A stretch of DNA of 64,000 bases, taken from the IMG/VR virus record IMGVR_UViG_3300030085_002462. One strand, written 5' to 3'. The translations under genes and the position numbers were made by a program. Below the pieces are notes generated by a model. It was given only the letters and a program-made list of their open reading frames with translations, made no database searches and was not told the DNA's origin. The number at the start of each line of letters is the position of its first letter. Positions within the stretch are counted from its first letter, which is position 1. This stretch comes from a virus. Positions 34,406 through 43,251 of the stretch are shown here, piece after piece.

Positions 34406-37084
34406 ATGCAACAACGCTCAGATTTTGCTGGCAAGGATGGTTACACTTGGTGGGTAGGAGAGGTCGAGAATGTCGATGATCCTGCTGGGTTGGGTCGTGT
34501 CAAGGTAAGAATCCTTGGATGGTATACTGGTCACCAAACTAAGGAAGACTATACTAAGACTGTCCCTACATCTACATTGCCATGGGCAACTGTATTGCTC
34601 CCTACAGACAAAGCACAAGTAAAAAACGCAGGTACTGGCACTGAATTGCAGTCTGGTGCGTGGGTCCTTGGTTTCTTCCTTGATGGTGAAGAAGCACAAC
34701 TCCCTTGTGTCATGGGTGCACTTCGTGGTTTCCAAACCAAGGCAGACGATAAGCGGACAACTGTTGCAGATGGCACACAGGCAGAGAAGCGTGCTGTCAA
34801 CCCTAACCAGGCAGCAATGGATGGCACAGAGGTTAACTCTGGATCTCCACTGGTTAAGATTCAGTCTGAGCAACCTTCTGATGTAAATGGTGGACAGGAA
34901 GAATCCCGTGGCACGGGTATCTCCACTGCTGAGCAAACTACTGAGGGTAACGCAGTTAGTAACCCAATCAAACCTCCTACACAAGCACAGAGTATTGCTG
35001 ATGGTGCGGTTGGTCCTGCTGGTGATGGTTTTGAAAAAGATATGACTCGTATGCTCACTGAGTTGGGCACGATGGCATCATCTTTGGCAACTAATCCTTC
35101 TGGCACATTCGTGTCAATGATCACAGGTAAATCTGTGTCTGGTGATAAGATGCTGGAGCACCTAGGTAAGATCTTTAACTTTATCTCAGGTGGTCTGTCT
35201 GGTATCCTTGCACCACTAAAAGAATTCTTGGCAGAAGTTATTGCTAAGGTTGTCAATCAGATCGTGAAGATCGTCTCCAAGTTTATCCCACTGGCAGTGC
35301 TGATGGGTATCATGGATCTGCTACAGACAATCCTAGATCTCTTCTGTATCACTCCACCTGGTTGGTTAGGACTGGTGCAAAGTGCGCTAGGGGATGTGAG
35401 TGGGTTTGCCAATAGTATGGCAAATATGATTGTTGACAAGGTTGTGCAGTCCAGCATCGGTCAACTCATTCAAAACAAAGTCCAAGGTATTACTGATCGT
35501 ATCCTTGGTGGTATTAAATCAGCAACTGAAAAGGTAGGACAGATTGCATCCACTGTCGTAAAAGGTATTAATACTGCAAAAGCACTAGCATCTAAAGCAA
35601 GGCAGATTGGTGATACTTTGCAGCAGATCTTCTCCATTGATTTTACTTCACTTGACTGGGGTGATCTTATTGGTTTCATTAAGATGCTGCTGGGTCTATT
35701 TGTTAAGAAAGACTGCGGGAGGAAAATTAAACGACCGAAGTCGAAACAGTGGTTCCCATTGTTGGGGTCCACTGATTGTGATAATCTAAGCACATTCATC
35801 CAGTCCACACCTTATGCTAGTGTGGCAGATTACTCTGGTGATACCAGTGGTAAATCATATATTAATAGTCTATTTGAAGGAATTGATCCTACACTAATGG
35901 CAGTGCAGGGTTGGTTGAATGGCACCAAGCACATCGAAGATGCAACGCCTGGTAAATTCAAATCAATCGTGCAAGGTCCTGGTGGTGTTACTAAATTCCA
36001 AGACTCATATGGTAATGAGCACACCAATGTCCCTAACAATGAAACAAAGATCATTGCAAGAGACCAGTGCACAGATGTTAAAGGTAATAAGTGTGTCACC
36101 ATTGAAGGTGACTATAACTTGAAAGTCATGGGTAACTTCAACCTTGAGGTTATCGGTGCATTCAATGAAAACATGAGTAATGGTCCTCAAGCAGAGGCAT
36201 CTGGATCATCTAAGAAACCACCTAACGATAAAGAGAAAACCAGTGGTGGTGGCGTTAGCACTGGACAACCTGATAAGGATGCTCAAGCACAAGAGGATGC
36301 AATCCTTAAGGGTGTTAAGAAAGAAGAGCGTAAACTTGACAAACTAGAGAAAGACCAAGACAACAAAGCAGACTTCTCTTATGCAAGGCAAGTGCCTTGG
36401 GATGGTTATGACTATCCTCGTGTGCCTGGTGCTGACAAATATGGTCGTCACCCCAATGGTGCTCAACTGAAAGGTCAGGTGCAGGACAAGAAAGAGCAGA
36501 AATCTGCAGAGGTTATCGCTGGTGATCACAACGTTGCATACACTGGTGATGTTTCCATCCAAGGTAACAAGGTCAAACTGACTGCTATTTCCAACTTCAA
36601 CATCAACGGATCTACAATCAGACTGGAAGGTAATACCATTCAGAATGTTGCTGATGGTGAGATTACTAACGAAGCAAACTGGATTTCATCCTTCTTGAAT
36701 GCTGGTAGGTTTGAATTTGTTGGTCTGTTTAATGTATTTCCTGGTCTTATTGGTCAATTCAGTGTTGTTAAAGGATCCATTGTAGATATCACATGTGACG
36801 TGCCATTTCCTGGCACTACACCTCCTGTGCATATGAGAATTGGTGTGGGTAACACACTTCCCACTGCTATGGCAGATATTATTCTCGGCACATCTGGTGC
36901 ACACTTTACATTCGTTACCTCAGCAACTGGTGCTATTGGTGAGATTGTATCCTCACCTGGTGGTGCTATTGTTAACCAAGTGACAACTGGTCTTGCATCT
37001 TATGGTGTGGGCACTGGTTTCATGGCAACTGGTTGTGCTGTTGGTCCCCACCAAGTCTATGGCTTGCCATTGCTGCTGAATTGA
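34406..37084 (+). CDS. gp5: Baseplate central spike protein gp5 (no lysozyme domain recognised)
   Basis: WWVGEVENVDDP..LGRVKVRI.GWY...LPWA...GAWVLGFFLDG..AQLP.VMG OB-fold; beta-helix repeats (IEGDYNLKVMGNFNLEV); late promoter TAAATA at 34382. Confidence 0.88.
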   Translation: MQQRSDFAGKDGYTWWVGEVENVDDPAGLGRVKVRILGWYTGHQTKEDYTKTVPTSTLPWATVLLPTDKAQVKNAGTGTELQSGAWVLGFFLDGEEAQLPCVMGALRGFQTKADDKRTTVADGTQAEKRAVNPNQAAMDGTEVNSGSPLVKIQSEQPSDVNGGQEESRGTGISTAEQTTEGNAVSNPIKPPTQAQSIADGAVGPAGDGFEKDMTRMLTELGTMASSLATNPSGTFVSMITGKSVSGDKMLEHLGKIFNFISGGLSGILAPLKEFLAEVIAKVVNQIVKIVSKFIPLAVLMGIMDLLQTILDLFCITPPGWLGLVQSALGDVSGFANSMANMIVDKVVQSSIGQLIQNKVQGITDRILGGIKSATEKVGQIASTVVKGINTAKALASKARQIGDTLQQIFSIDFTSLDWGDLIGFIKMLLGLFVKKDCGRKIKRPKSKQWFPLLGSTDCDNLSTFIQSTPYASVADYSGDTSGKSYINSLFEGIDPTLMAVQGWLNGTKHIEDATPGKFKSIVQGPGGVTKFQDSYGNEHTNVPNNETKIIARDQCTDVKGNKCVTIEGDYNLKVMGNFNLEVIGAFNENMSNGPQAEASGSSKKPPNDKEKTSGGGVSTGQPDKDAQAQEDAILKGVKKEERKLDKLEKDQDNKADFSYARQVPWDGYDYPRVPGADKYGRHPNGAQLKGQVQDKKEQKSAEVIAGDHNVAYTGDVSIQGNKVKLTAISNFNINGSTIRLEGNTIQNVADGEITNEANWISSFLNAGRFEFVGLFNVFPGLIGQFSVVKGSIVDITCDVPFPGTTPPVHMRIGVGNTLPTAMADIILGTSGAHFTFVTSATGAIGEIVSSPGGAIVNQVTTGLASYGVGTGFMATGCAVGPHQVYGLPLLLN

Positions 37085-37092
37085 TGTAGTAT
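37064..37092 (+). promoter_or_regulatory. Sigma70-type promoter at the end of gp5
   Basis: TTGCCA-17 nt-TAGTAT, followed by a GAAGGG/CCCTTT hairpin. Confidence 0.55.
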
Positions 37093-37115
37093 GGAAGGGT
37101 CTAAGATCCCTTTCA

Positions 37116-37310
37116 ATGGAAAACGAAACCTACCTGGAACATATTTTTGTCAATTTTACTCAGAGAAAGATCACTATCGTAGACGATGAGGGTTACGATG
37201 AAGTGATTCAGTATCGATTTGATGACGAAGGTGCTGAAGGATTCCATGAAACTATCACATCTTTCAAGAAAAACGTCCCTGACGAACTTATTACTTATTC
37301 CGCTCCATGA
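37116..37310 (+). CDS. Conserved cyanophage hypothetical protein
   Basis: ORF track; acidic. Confidence 0.75.
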   Translation: MENETYLEHIFVNFTQRKITIVDDEGYDEVIQYRFDDEGAEGFHETITSFKKNVPDELITYSAP

Positions 37311-37561
37311 ATATTATTCAATTAACCCAAGAAGAATTTGAGGAGAATGTTGACTTTGCTCTCAAACTGGTAGAGAAAGGACATACTGTAAAGATGAAGA
37401 CTAAACGTGATCGCTCTGTGATGATTGCACCTATTGCAGGATTCGTTGAGCACGATCCTCGTCTTAACATCCCCACTCCAGAAGAAGCAGAAGTAGATTC
37501 CCCAGAAGATATTGCTGCCTATGTGCAGGAATCTCTCGCTGATATGACGAGGGACTTCTAA
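37307..37561 (+). CDS. Hypothetical protein with Phd/YefM-like N-terminal pattern
   Basis: beta-alpha-alpha-beta-beta pattern IQLTQEEFEENVDFALKLVEKGHTVKM...VMIAP; fold assignment is speculative. Confidence 0.6.
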   Translation: MNIIQLTQEEFEENVDFALKLVEKGHTVKMKTKRDRSVMIAPIAGFVEHDPRLNIPTPEEAEVDSPEDIAAYVQESLADMTRDF

Positions 37562-38112
37562 TGAAACTCCCAGTATTTGAGATACCAATCTATAAGTATG
37601 AAATTGAAAACTGGGAAGAGAATAAAAAGAGTCTGATAAAAATTCTCCCAGATTTTTTACAGAAGGGAGATTTCACAGATTACTATGATAATCAAATGGC
37701 ATCATTCATGCCTCTGTATGCAAACACGGTGTTTAACCTAATACAGAAGTCAATGGAGGATTTTGCACAGTATTATCCATGTCCTGCCCAGATTGTAAAT
37801 ATGTGGTGTGAGAGATCACGAGCGGGTGACAGACACGAACCACATAATCATGGTGCTACTGGATTCTCTGCTGTATTATATGTGCAGTTTGAAGAGGGTA
37901 AACATAAACCAACTAGATTCTTCTCACCATTCGGAGATCCCGCTAATGGTGATCTCATGCAATACGAACCTGATGTGAAAGAGGGTGATCTCATCATTTT
38001 TCCATCATTCCTAATTCATGAAAGTCAAATGTGTGACACGGATTATGAAAGAATCATAATCTCATTCAATATCATGGGACAGGACCAATATAATATCCTA
38101 CATAGTGTATAA
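37561..38112 (+). CDS. 2OG-Fe(II) oxygenase-like protein (TIGR02466-like)
   Basis: NMWCE...HEPHNHG...FSAVLY...EGDLIIFPSFLIHE...RIIISFNI. Confidence 0.85.
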   Translation: MKLPVFEIPIYKYEIENWEENKKSLIKILPDFLQKGDFTDYYDNQMASFMPLYANTVFNLIQKSMEDFAQYYPCPAQIVNMWCERSRAGDRHEPHNHGATGFSAVLYVQFEEGKHKPTRFFSPFGDPANGDLMQYEPDVKEGDLIIFPSFLIHESQMCDTDYERIIISFNIMGQDQYNILHSV

Positions 38113-38126
38113 CCTGTCAGTTTCGG

Positions 38127-38411
38127 ATGAAGAAAATCAAGATTCTCTCTCATTACGCACATCTTGATGGTTTGGATGGACCAATCGGTATTGTCCAGAT
38201 TTGGACTTTTTCAGGAGTGCCTTTCACATTTGATGAATTGCCACTTCCTGTCCAACAAATGGAAGACGTAGCACTTGACGCAGATACAAGAGAACGCTAT
38301 CATATCGAAGATCTCTACCGATGGTCCGAATATCTGATTGCTGAAGAAGCACATCCACTCCTATTCGATCTGGAGTATATGATCGAGAATTTTGAAGAAT
38401 TGCCAAACTAG
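38127..38411 (+). CDS. Conserved cyanophage hypothetical protein
   Basis: ORF track; YLIAEEAHPLLF motif. Confidence 0.75.
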   Translation: MKKIKILSHYAHLDGLDGPIGIVQIWTFSGVPFTFDELPLPVQQMEDVALDADTRERYHIEDLYRWSEYLIAEEAHPLLFDLEYMIENFEELPN

Positions 38412-38475
38412 CTCAGCTGGATAGAGCAACTGTTTTGTAAACAGTAGGTCAACGGTTCAAGTCCGTTGTTTGGCT
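38402..38475 (+). tRNA. trnT: tRNA-Thr(UGU), no encoded CCA
   Basis: Acceptor stem GCCAAAC/GTTTGGC, D arm GCTC...GAGC, anticodon stem ACTGT/ACAGT with loop TTTGTAA, T loop GGTTCAAGTCC. Confidence 0.93.
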
Positions 38476-38491
38476 TCCGTGTGAAGGAAGT

Positions 38492-38977
38492 ATGATCACT
38501 GTAATCGACAACTACTTACCACCTGAAGTATATGAGCATCTATATGACCATATGGTCAATGATGATCATTTTATGTGGGTATGGTCTAATGGAGTTAATG
38601 CTTATAAAGATGGGCACAAGCAATTTGTGCACACCATTTATAATGAATACAAACCACAGTCGTGGTTTTTTGATCACTTGACTCCAATCTTTGAAAAGTT
38701 GCAAGCAACATCTATTATTAGAGTTAAACTCAATCTACAACCACAAGATGTAGAGAATACTGAGCAGGGTCTACATATTGATAATGAATCTCCTACCGCA
38801 AAAACTGCTATAATCTATTTCGGCACTAATAATGGTTACACCAAATTCGCTGATGGTCAAACTATCGAGACTGTCGCTAATCGTGCAGTTATCTTTCCTA
38901 GCAGTTATCAACATTCTGGTGCTACATGCACAGATGCGTCGGAAAGGATCGTGCTAAATATCAATTATCATGAGTGA
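38492..38977 (+). CDS. 2OG-Fe(II) oxygenase-like protein
   Basis: GLHIDN...TAIIYF..NNGYTKF...NRAVIFP....HSG...RIVLNINY. Confidence 0.8.
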   Translation: MITVIDNYLPPEVYEHLYDHMVNDDHFMWVWSNGVNAYKDGHKQFVHTIYNEYKPQSWFFDHLTPIFEKLQATSIIRVKLNLQPQDVENTEQGLHIDNESPTAKTAIIYFGTNNGYTKFADGQTIETVANRAVIFPSSYQHSGATCTDASERIVLNINYHE

Positions 38978-39566
38978 TATTATTATTGTTGATGATTTTC
39001 TTTGTCCTGCCTATCAACATCTGATCGAGAATTATTTCTTTGGTCCTGCTGTTGAGTGGACAGAGATTGATGACATTGCTATGGGTGACAGTGGTGGACT
39101 TGAGCACCTAGGTAATAAACGTAGAGGGTGGCACCACATTATGTGTGGTCCTAATAAACCATTCCCCGATGGATCCACTCCTGCATTTAACTTAATTGTG
39201 CCCATGGTGCTAGAAGCATTTGATATGTGTGGGTATAGAGTTGATGATATACATGTATCAAGAGCATTCAAAACAGATCCTCACGAGGATCGTCTTGAAT
39301 TTATTCATGTAGATTTACATTCACCACATCATGTTTGTCTATATTATCCACATGATATTGATGGGGACACTATATTTTATGAGGAGAAGTGGCCTGATGT
39401 AACTATGGAAACTCAACCAACAACAGAGTTTCATGAGTTTAGAAGGGTATCTCCAAAGAAAGGCAGAGCAGTGATCTTCGATGGCACACGATTTCACTCG
39501 GCATTTAGGTCCGCTGTCAAAGATCGCGTTGTGATAAATACCAACGCTTTTGTGTCTTATAAATAA
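38970..39566 (+). CDS. 2OG-Fe(II) oxygenase-like protein
   Basis: IHVDL...VCLYY..D.DGDT.F...KGRAVIFDG.RFHS...RVVIN. Confidence 0.8.
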   Translation: MSDIIIVDDFLCPAYQHLIENYFFGPAVEWTEIDDIAMGDSGGLEHLGNKRRGWHHIMCGPNKPFPDGSTPAFNLIVPMVLEAFDMCGYRVDDIHVSRAFKTDPHEDRLEFIHVDLHSPHHVCLYYPHDIDGDTIFYEEKWPDVTMETQPTTEFHEFRRVSPKKGRAVIFDGTRFHSAFRSAVKDRVVINTNAFVSYK

Positions 39567-39590
39567 AACTGTATGAAACGCTAGGATAAC

Positions 39591-40940
39591 GTGGCAACTA
39601 AAAGGATCTCCCAATTAGATACTATTGCTGACGCATTGGTCACGGGCGAAGCTGTTCTTCCTATCGTTATCTCTGATCCTTTGATCCCTAACCGTAAGGC
39701 AAAGATCAATCAACTGTTTAGAAGTCTGTCTGCAGGTTCTGCGACAGCTCCTGGTATGGCTTTTGATTTGGACCGAGATACGGGAATCTACCAATCTGCG
39801 GTCAACGAGATTGGTTTGACATTCGGATCTGCTTCTCTGTATAACAGTCGCACAGCAAATACTGACGGATCATCGACGCTTGTTATCAGAGCGATTGATT
39901 CCGCATCTGCAAATACCAACGTGCAGATATCTCCACAAGGTAGTGGATTTTTTACAGTGCAAGGACAAACTGTCCTCACTGACGTGCAATTCTATCTTCA
40001 AGGTGATCAAAACACTGCGAAGAGAGCACACTTTAACGTTGATACTATTTCGTCTCAGTCTGGCACACGTCGCTTTGATTTGCCCGATGTAGGCAGCAGC
40101 ACGAGCACAACTCTGGTTGCTAATGACACCTTCCAGACGCTGACTAATAAGACTGTTCTTATTACTGACGCAAACCTTTCGATCATTGGATCTACTACCA
40201 CATCGAAAGTTGCTAAGTTTGAGGTTGATAACTGGGAGTCACCTGGCACTCATACATATAAACTTCCCGACTTTGGTGCTGCTAATACACAATCTACTAT
40301 TCTGGATGATATCACAGAGCAGAATGTGTTTAACAAGAATATGGTTAACCCCACATTCTCTAACACACCATCAACCGACGAAGAAAATAATCCCACGAAA
40401 TATGTCATCTTTGATTCTTCAGAGTTGACACTTGATCGCACAGTTACATTCCCTGACCTTAACGTCAAGGTAGTTGGTGAGGCATCGTCTCAAACACTGA
40501 CTGCAAAGGTTTATAAGGGTGCAGTATTCGCGGATACTGATACTGAATTGGGTGATGGAAGAAAGATTCAGTTTGATCTATCCAACATTGAGGATAATCA
40601 AACATACAACTTTGCTTTCCCAAACAACGCTATTACAGCGCCGCTAAATAATCCTCAGGGCGAACCTAATATCCTCGTTTCTGAGAGAAAGACTCAAACA
40701 CTTTACAACAAGACGGTAGAGAATTTTAGTCTTAACAACCCCAACGAGGTCAATGGTATTATTAACATTGACACCTCAAACATCACCGAGGGTGTTACAA
40801 TTCAATTCCCTAACGCTGATGCTACGTTGTTGTCCACCAACAACATTTCTAACCTTGCAATTAGTTTCGGTGGTCCTATCTCAGCACCTACACTTGGTGG
40901 TCAACTGAGACTCCAATCACATTTCCAGTCAGGATGGTAA
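39591..40940 (+). CDS. Virion structural protein
   Basis: Late promoter TATAAATA(39558-65); MATKRISQL start; repeated QTLTNKT / FPD motifs typical of fibre-like proteins. Confidence 0.75.
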   Translation: MATKRISQLDTIADALVTGEAVLPIVISDPLIPNRKAKINQLFRSLSAGSATAPGMAFDLDRDTGIYQSAVNEIGLTFGSASLYNSRTANTDGSSTLVIRAIDSASANTNVQISPQGSGFFTVQGQTVLTDVQFYLQGDQNTAKRAHFNVDTISSQSGTRRFDLPDVGSSTSTTLVANDTFQTLTNKTVLITDANLSIIGSTTTSKVAKFEVDNWESPGTHTYKLPDFGAANTQSTILDDITEQNVFNKNMVNPTFSNTPSTDEENNPTKYVIFDSSELTLDRTVTFPDLNVKVVGEASSQTLTAKVYKGAVFADTDTELGDGRKIQFDLSNIEDNQTYNFAFPNNAITAPLNNPQGEPNILVSERKTQTLYNKTVENFSLNNPNEVNGIINIDTSNITEGVTIQFPNADATLLSTNNISNLAISFGGPISAPTLGGQLRLQSHFQSGW

Positions 40941-40947
40941 TTAAAAA

Positions 40948-43221
40948 ATGACAGCAGGAAGACTCGCAGCTAGTAACCCAAGCGCAACAACAAATACGGT
41001 GCTGTATCAAGCACCCATCACTGCTACTGCCAGCACAGTTGTCAACGTGACAAACTGGGACAGTGGAGCAGGCACCTATAGAATGGCACTGAGAGATTAC
41101 GATCAGGTGTTGCACCTTGATGGACAAGAATCTCAAAATGGTGGCACAAAAACCACCTATCAGTATCAAAAAGGTAACCCTATTAGTGCATATCAACTGG
41201 AAATTTCTCCAGGATATAACTATGCTGATGCCTTGCCAGGATCTAATATTGACTCTACAAACGGTGCAAAAGCAAAACTTTTAGACATCTTCAAAGAGAT
41301 TACTGATGTCACCTATTACACACAGGTGCAGTCTCTCAACGAACTTTCCTACGGGGGTGTTGTTTCAGGTACATTCCAAGCAGGTGAAACTCTGACTGGT
41401 GCAACCTCTGGACTTACCGCTACATTCCGTGGTCAAGGTGTCGCTAACAGTGTTTGGAATATTATTCCCAACGTATCTAACAGTGCAACCTCTCTGCAAA
41501 TCTCCAGAAATACTGGTCTTGCAGATGGTATGTATCTTACATTGACAAATGCTGGTGATACTTCTCTGACTGAGATTGTTTCTATCGATGCATCTGGTAT
41601 TAACACAACCACCAACACTCTGACTATTACTCGTAGTGCACTTGGCACAACTGCTGGCGAGATTCCTCCTGGTCGTCTTGCAACTGCATGGTCTGCATCT
41701 GGCACCGTGACTGCAATCGACGAGGGTGGCACATTCGCTGCTGCTGATACAACTTTGACTGTTGTTAACTCTACTGGTTTTGTGACTGGTAGTTTTATTC
41801 TGATTGATAACGAGATCCTTGAAGTTACTGGTGTTGCTGGTAACGACTTGACTGTTACTCGTGGTATGGTCGGCACAACTGATGCTAACCACAATAACGC
41901 AGTTAACGTTACTCTTCTCACCAACAACGGTGACTATCTTGTTAACTACTTCAGTGAAGGCGAAGACGTTACAGGTAATACATCTTCTGCATCTATTACT
42001 CTTAACTTCACTTCAACCGCATCTATTGTAAACCAAAACCGTTTCGTATTGTCTACGACTGGTTTGAATGCAACTGATCACACCTTTGCTGATACTTACA
42101 CTCTTGATGTTGATAGGACATATATCTTTGATCAAGAGCACGCAAGTAACACAAACTATCCTATGAAATTCTCCTCTGATAACGCAGAGGGCACCAACGG
42201 CACACCTACACCAGGTACTGAGTATACTCAGAATATTACTAAGGCAGGTACTGCTGGATCTTCGGGTGCATTTACACGAATTGATGTTGCTGATAGTTTG
42301 ACACCATCACTCTTTGCATATGCTGATGGTTTGACTGGATCCCCTCCAGCGGCAGGCGGCACAACTGGTGTTGGATTTACAGCAAACCTTGACTTTAACC
42401 CAACATACACTAGAATCTATGTGTATGATGTTTCAGGCGAACCTTTTGCCGCTGCTGATACGTTTACTATCGGTGGTACAACTCAAACTATTCAGGCAAA
42501 TGGAGTTTACGCTGGTCCCTATGGATATGTGCATGACTTTGATGATGTAACTAATCATCTGAAAGTGTCACTGTCTCCTGGTTCTCCAGCATTCACAGCG
42601 GGGACTGTTTTCTATGACACACCTACACTCACAAACGCCGACCGTCGCAGGACGGAGGTTGTTGACGGCAAAATCCTTACGATCAACAACATCGGCGCTG
42701 CAGACGGTTCTCGTGCTGCAGGCACTTATGCTAACCTTACACCATCCTCAACTACTGGTAGCGGTGATCTCACTACTACAAGAGTAACAGTTGTAGTTGA
42801 TGGATCTGGCGCTGCTACGATCACACTTGTTAATGGTGGTAAAGGACATGCTGGATCAGATACTATCACTATTAATGATGGACTTCTCGGATCTGGTGGT
42901 GGTGCTGCATTGACATTTGATGTGGCAACTATTTCAACGGGAGTCCACACGGGCACAACTGGTGTCTACTCCGCAGAGGATTACATTTTCTATGACAAGG
43001 CGATTGCATCCAAGGTAACTGATAAGAATACAAGTATTGTTGTTGGTCCTGGTCAAAACCTTTTGATCTATGGATCAAGTGCAAGTCAATCATTCGTTGT
43101 GAATGGTTTTGAAACTGAGTCTTCTGATTATGTCGAGATCCCACTCAACAAGGACGCCAATGCTGGTGGTGCTGCTGGTGGCGCACCTGGCGGTGGTGGA
43201 GCACCAGGTGGTGGCAACTAA
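40948..43221 (+). CDS. Virion structural protein, 757 aa
   Basis: Thr/Gly-rich beta repeats (IDNEILEVT....N.LTVTRG..GT); Gly-rich tail. Confidence 0.75.
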   Translation: MTAGRLAASNPSATTNTVLYQAPITATASTVVNVTNWDSGAGTYRMALRDYDQVLHLDGQESQNGGTKTTYQYQKGNPISAYQLEISPGYNYADALPGSNIDSTNGAKAKLLDIFKEITDVTYYTQVQSLNELSYGGVVSGTFQAGETLTGATSGLTATFRGQGVANSVWNIIPNVSNSATSLQISRNTGLADGMYLTLTNAGDTSLTEIVSIDASGINTTTNTLTITRSALGTTAGEIPPGRLATAWSASGTVTAIDEGGTFAAADTTLTVVNSTGFVTGSFILIDNEILEVTGVAGNDLTVTRGMVGTTDANHNNAVNVTLLTNNGDYLVNYFSEGEDVTGNTSSASITLNFTSTASIVNQNRFVLSTTGLNATDHTFADTYTLDVDRTYIFDQEHASNTNYPMKFSSDNAEGTNGTPTPGTEYTQNITKAGTAGSSGAFTRIDVADSLTPSLFAYADGLTGSPPAAGGTTGVGFTANLDFNPTYTRIYVYDVSGEPFAAADTFTIGGTTQTIQANGVYAGPYGYVHDFDDVTNHLKVSLSPGSPAFTAGTVFYDTPTLTNADRRRTEVVDGKILTINNIGAADGSRAAGTYANLTPSSTTGSGDLTTTRVTVVVDGSGAATITLVNGGKGHAGSDTITINDGLLGSGGGAALTFDVATISTGVHTGTTGVYSAEDYIFYDKAIASKVTDKNTSIVVGPGQNLLIYGSSASQSFVVNGFETESSDYVEIPLNKDANAGGAAGGAPGGGGAPGGGN

Positions 43222-43251
43222 TAAATAACCATATCAGGACGCAAAAAGTAA

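Noticed and set aside
25485-36904. Numerous 60-190 aa minus-strand ORFs across the baseplate, tape-measure and gp5 genes
   Set aside because: Antisense shadows of strongly biased plus-strand genes; no promoters, RBS or motifs.
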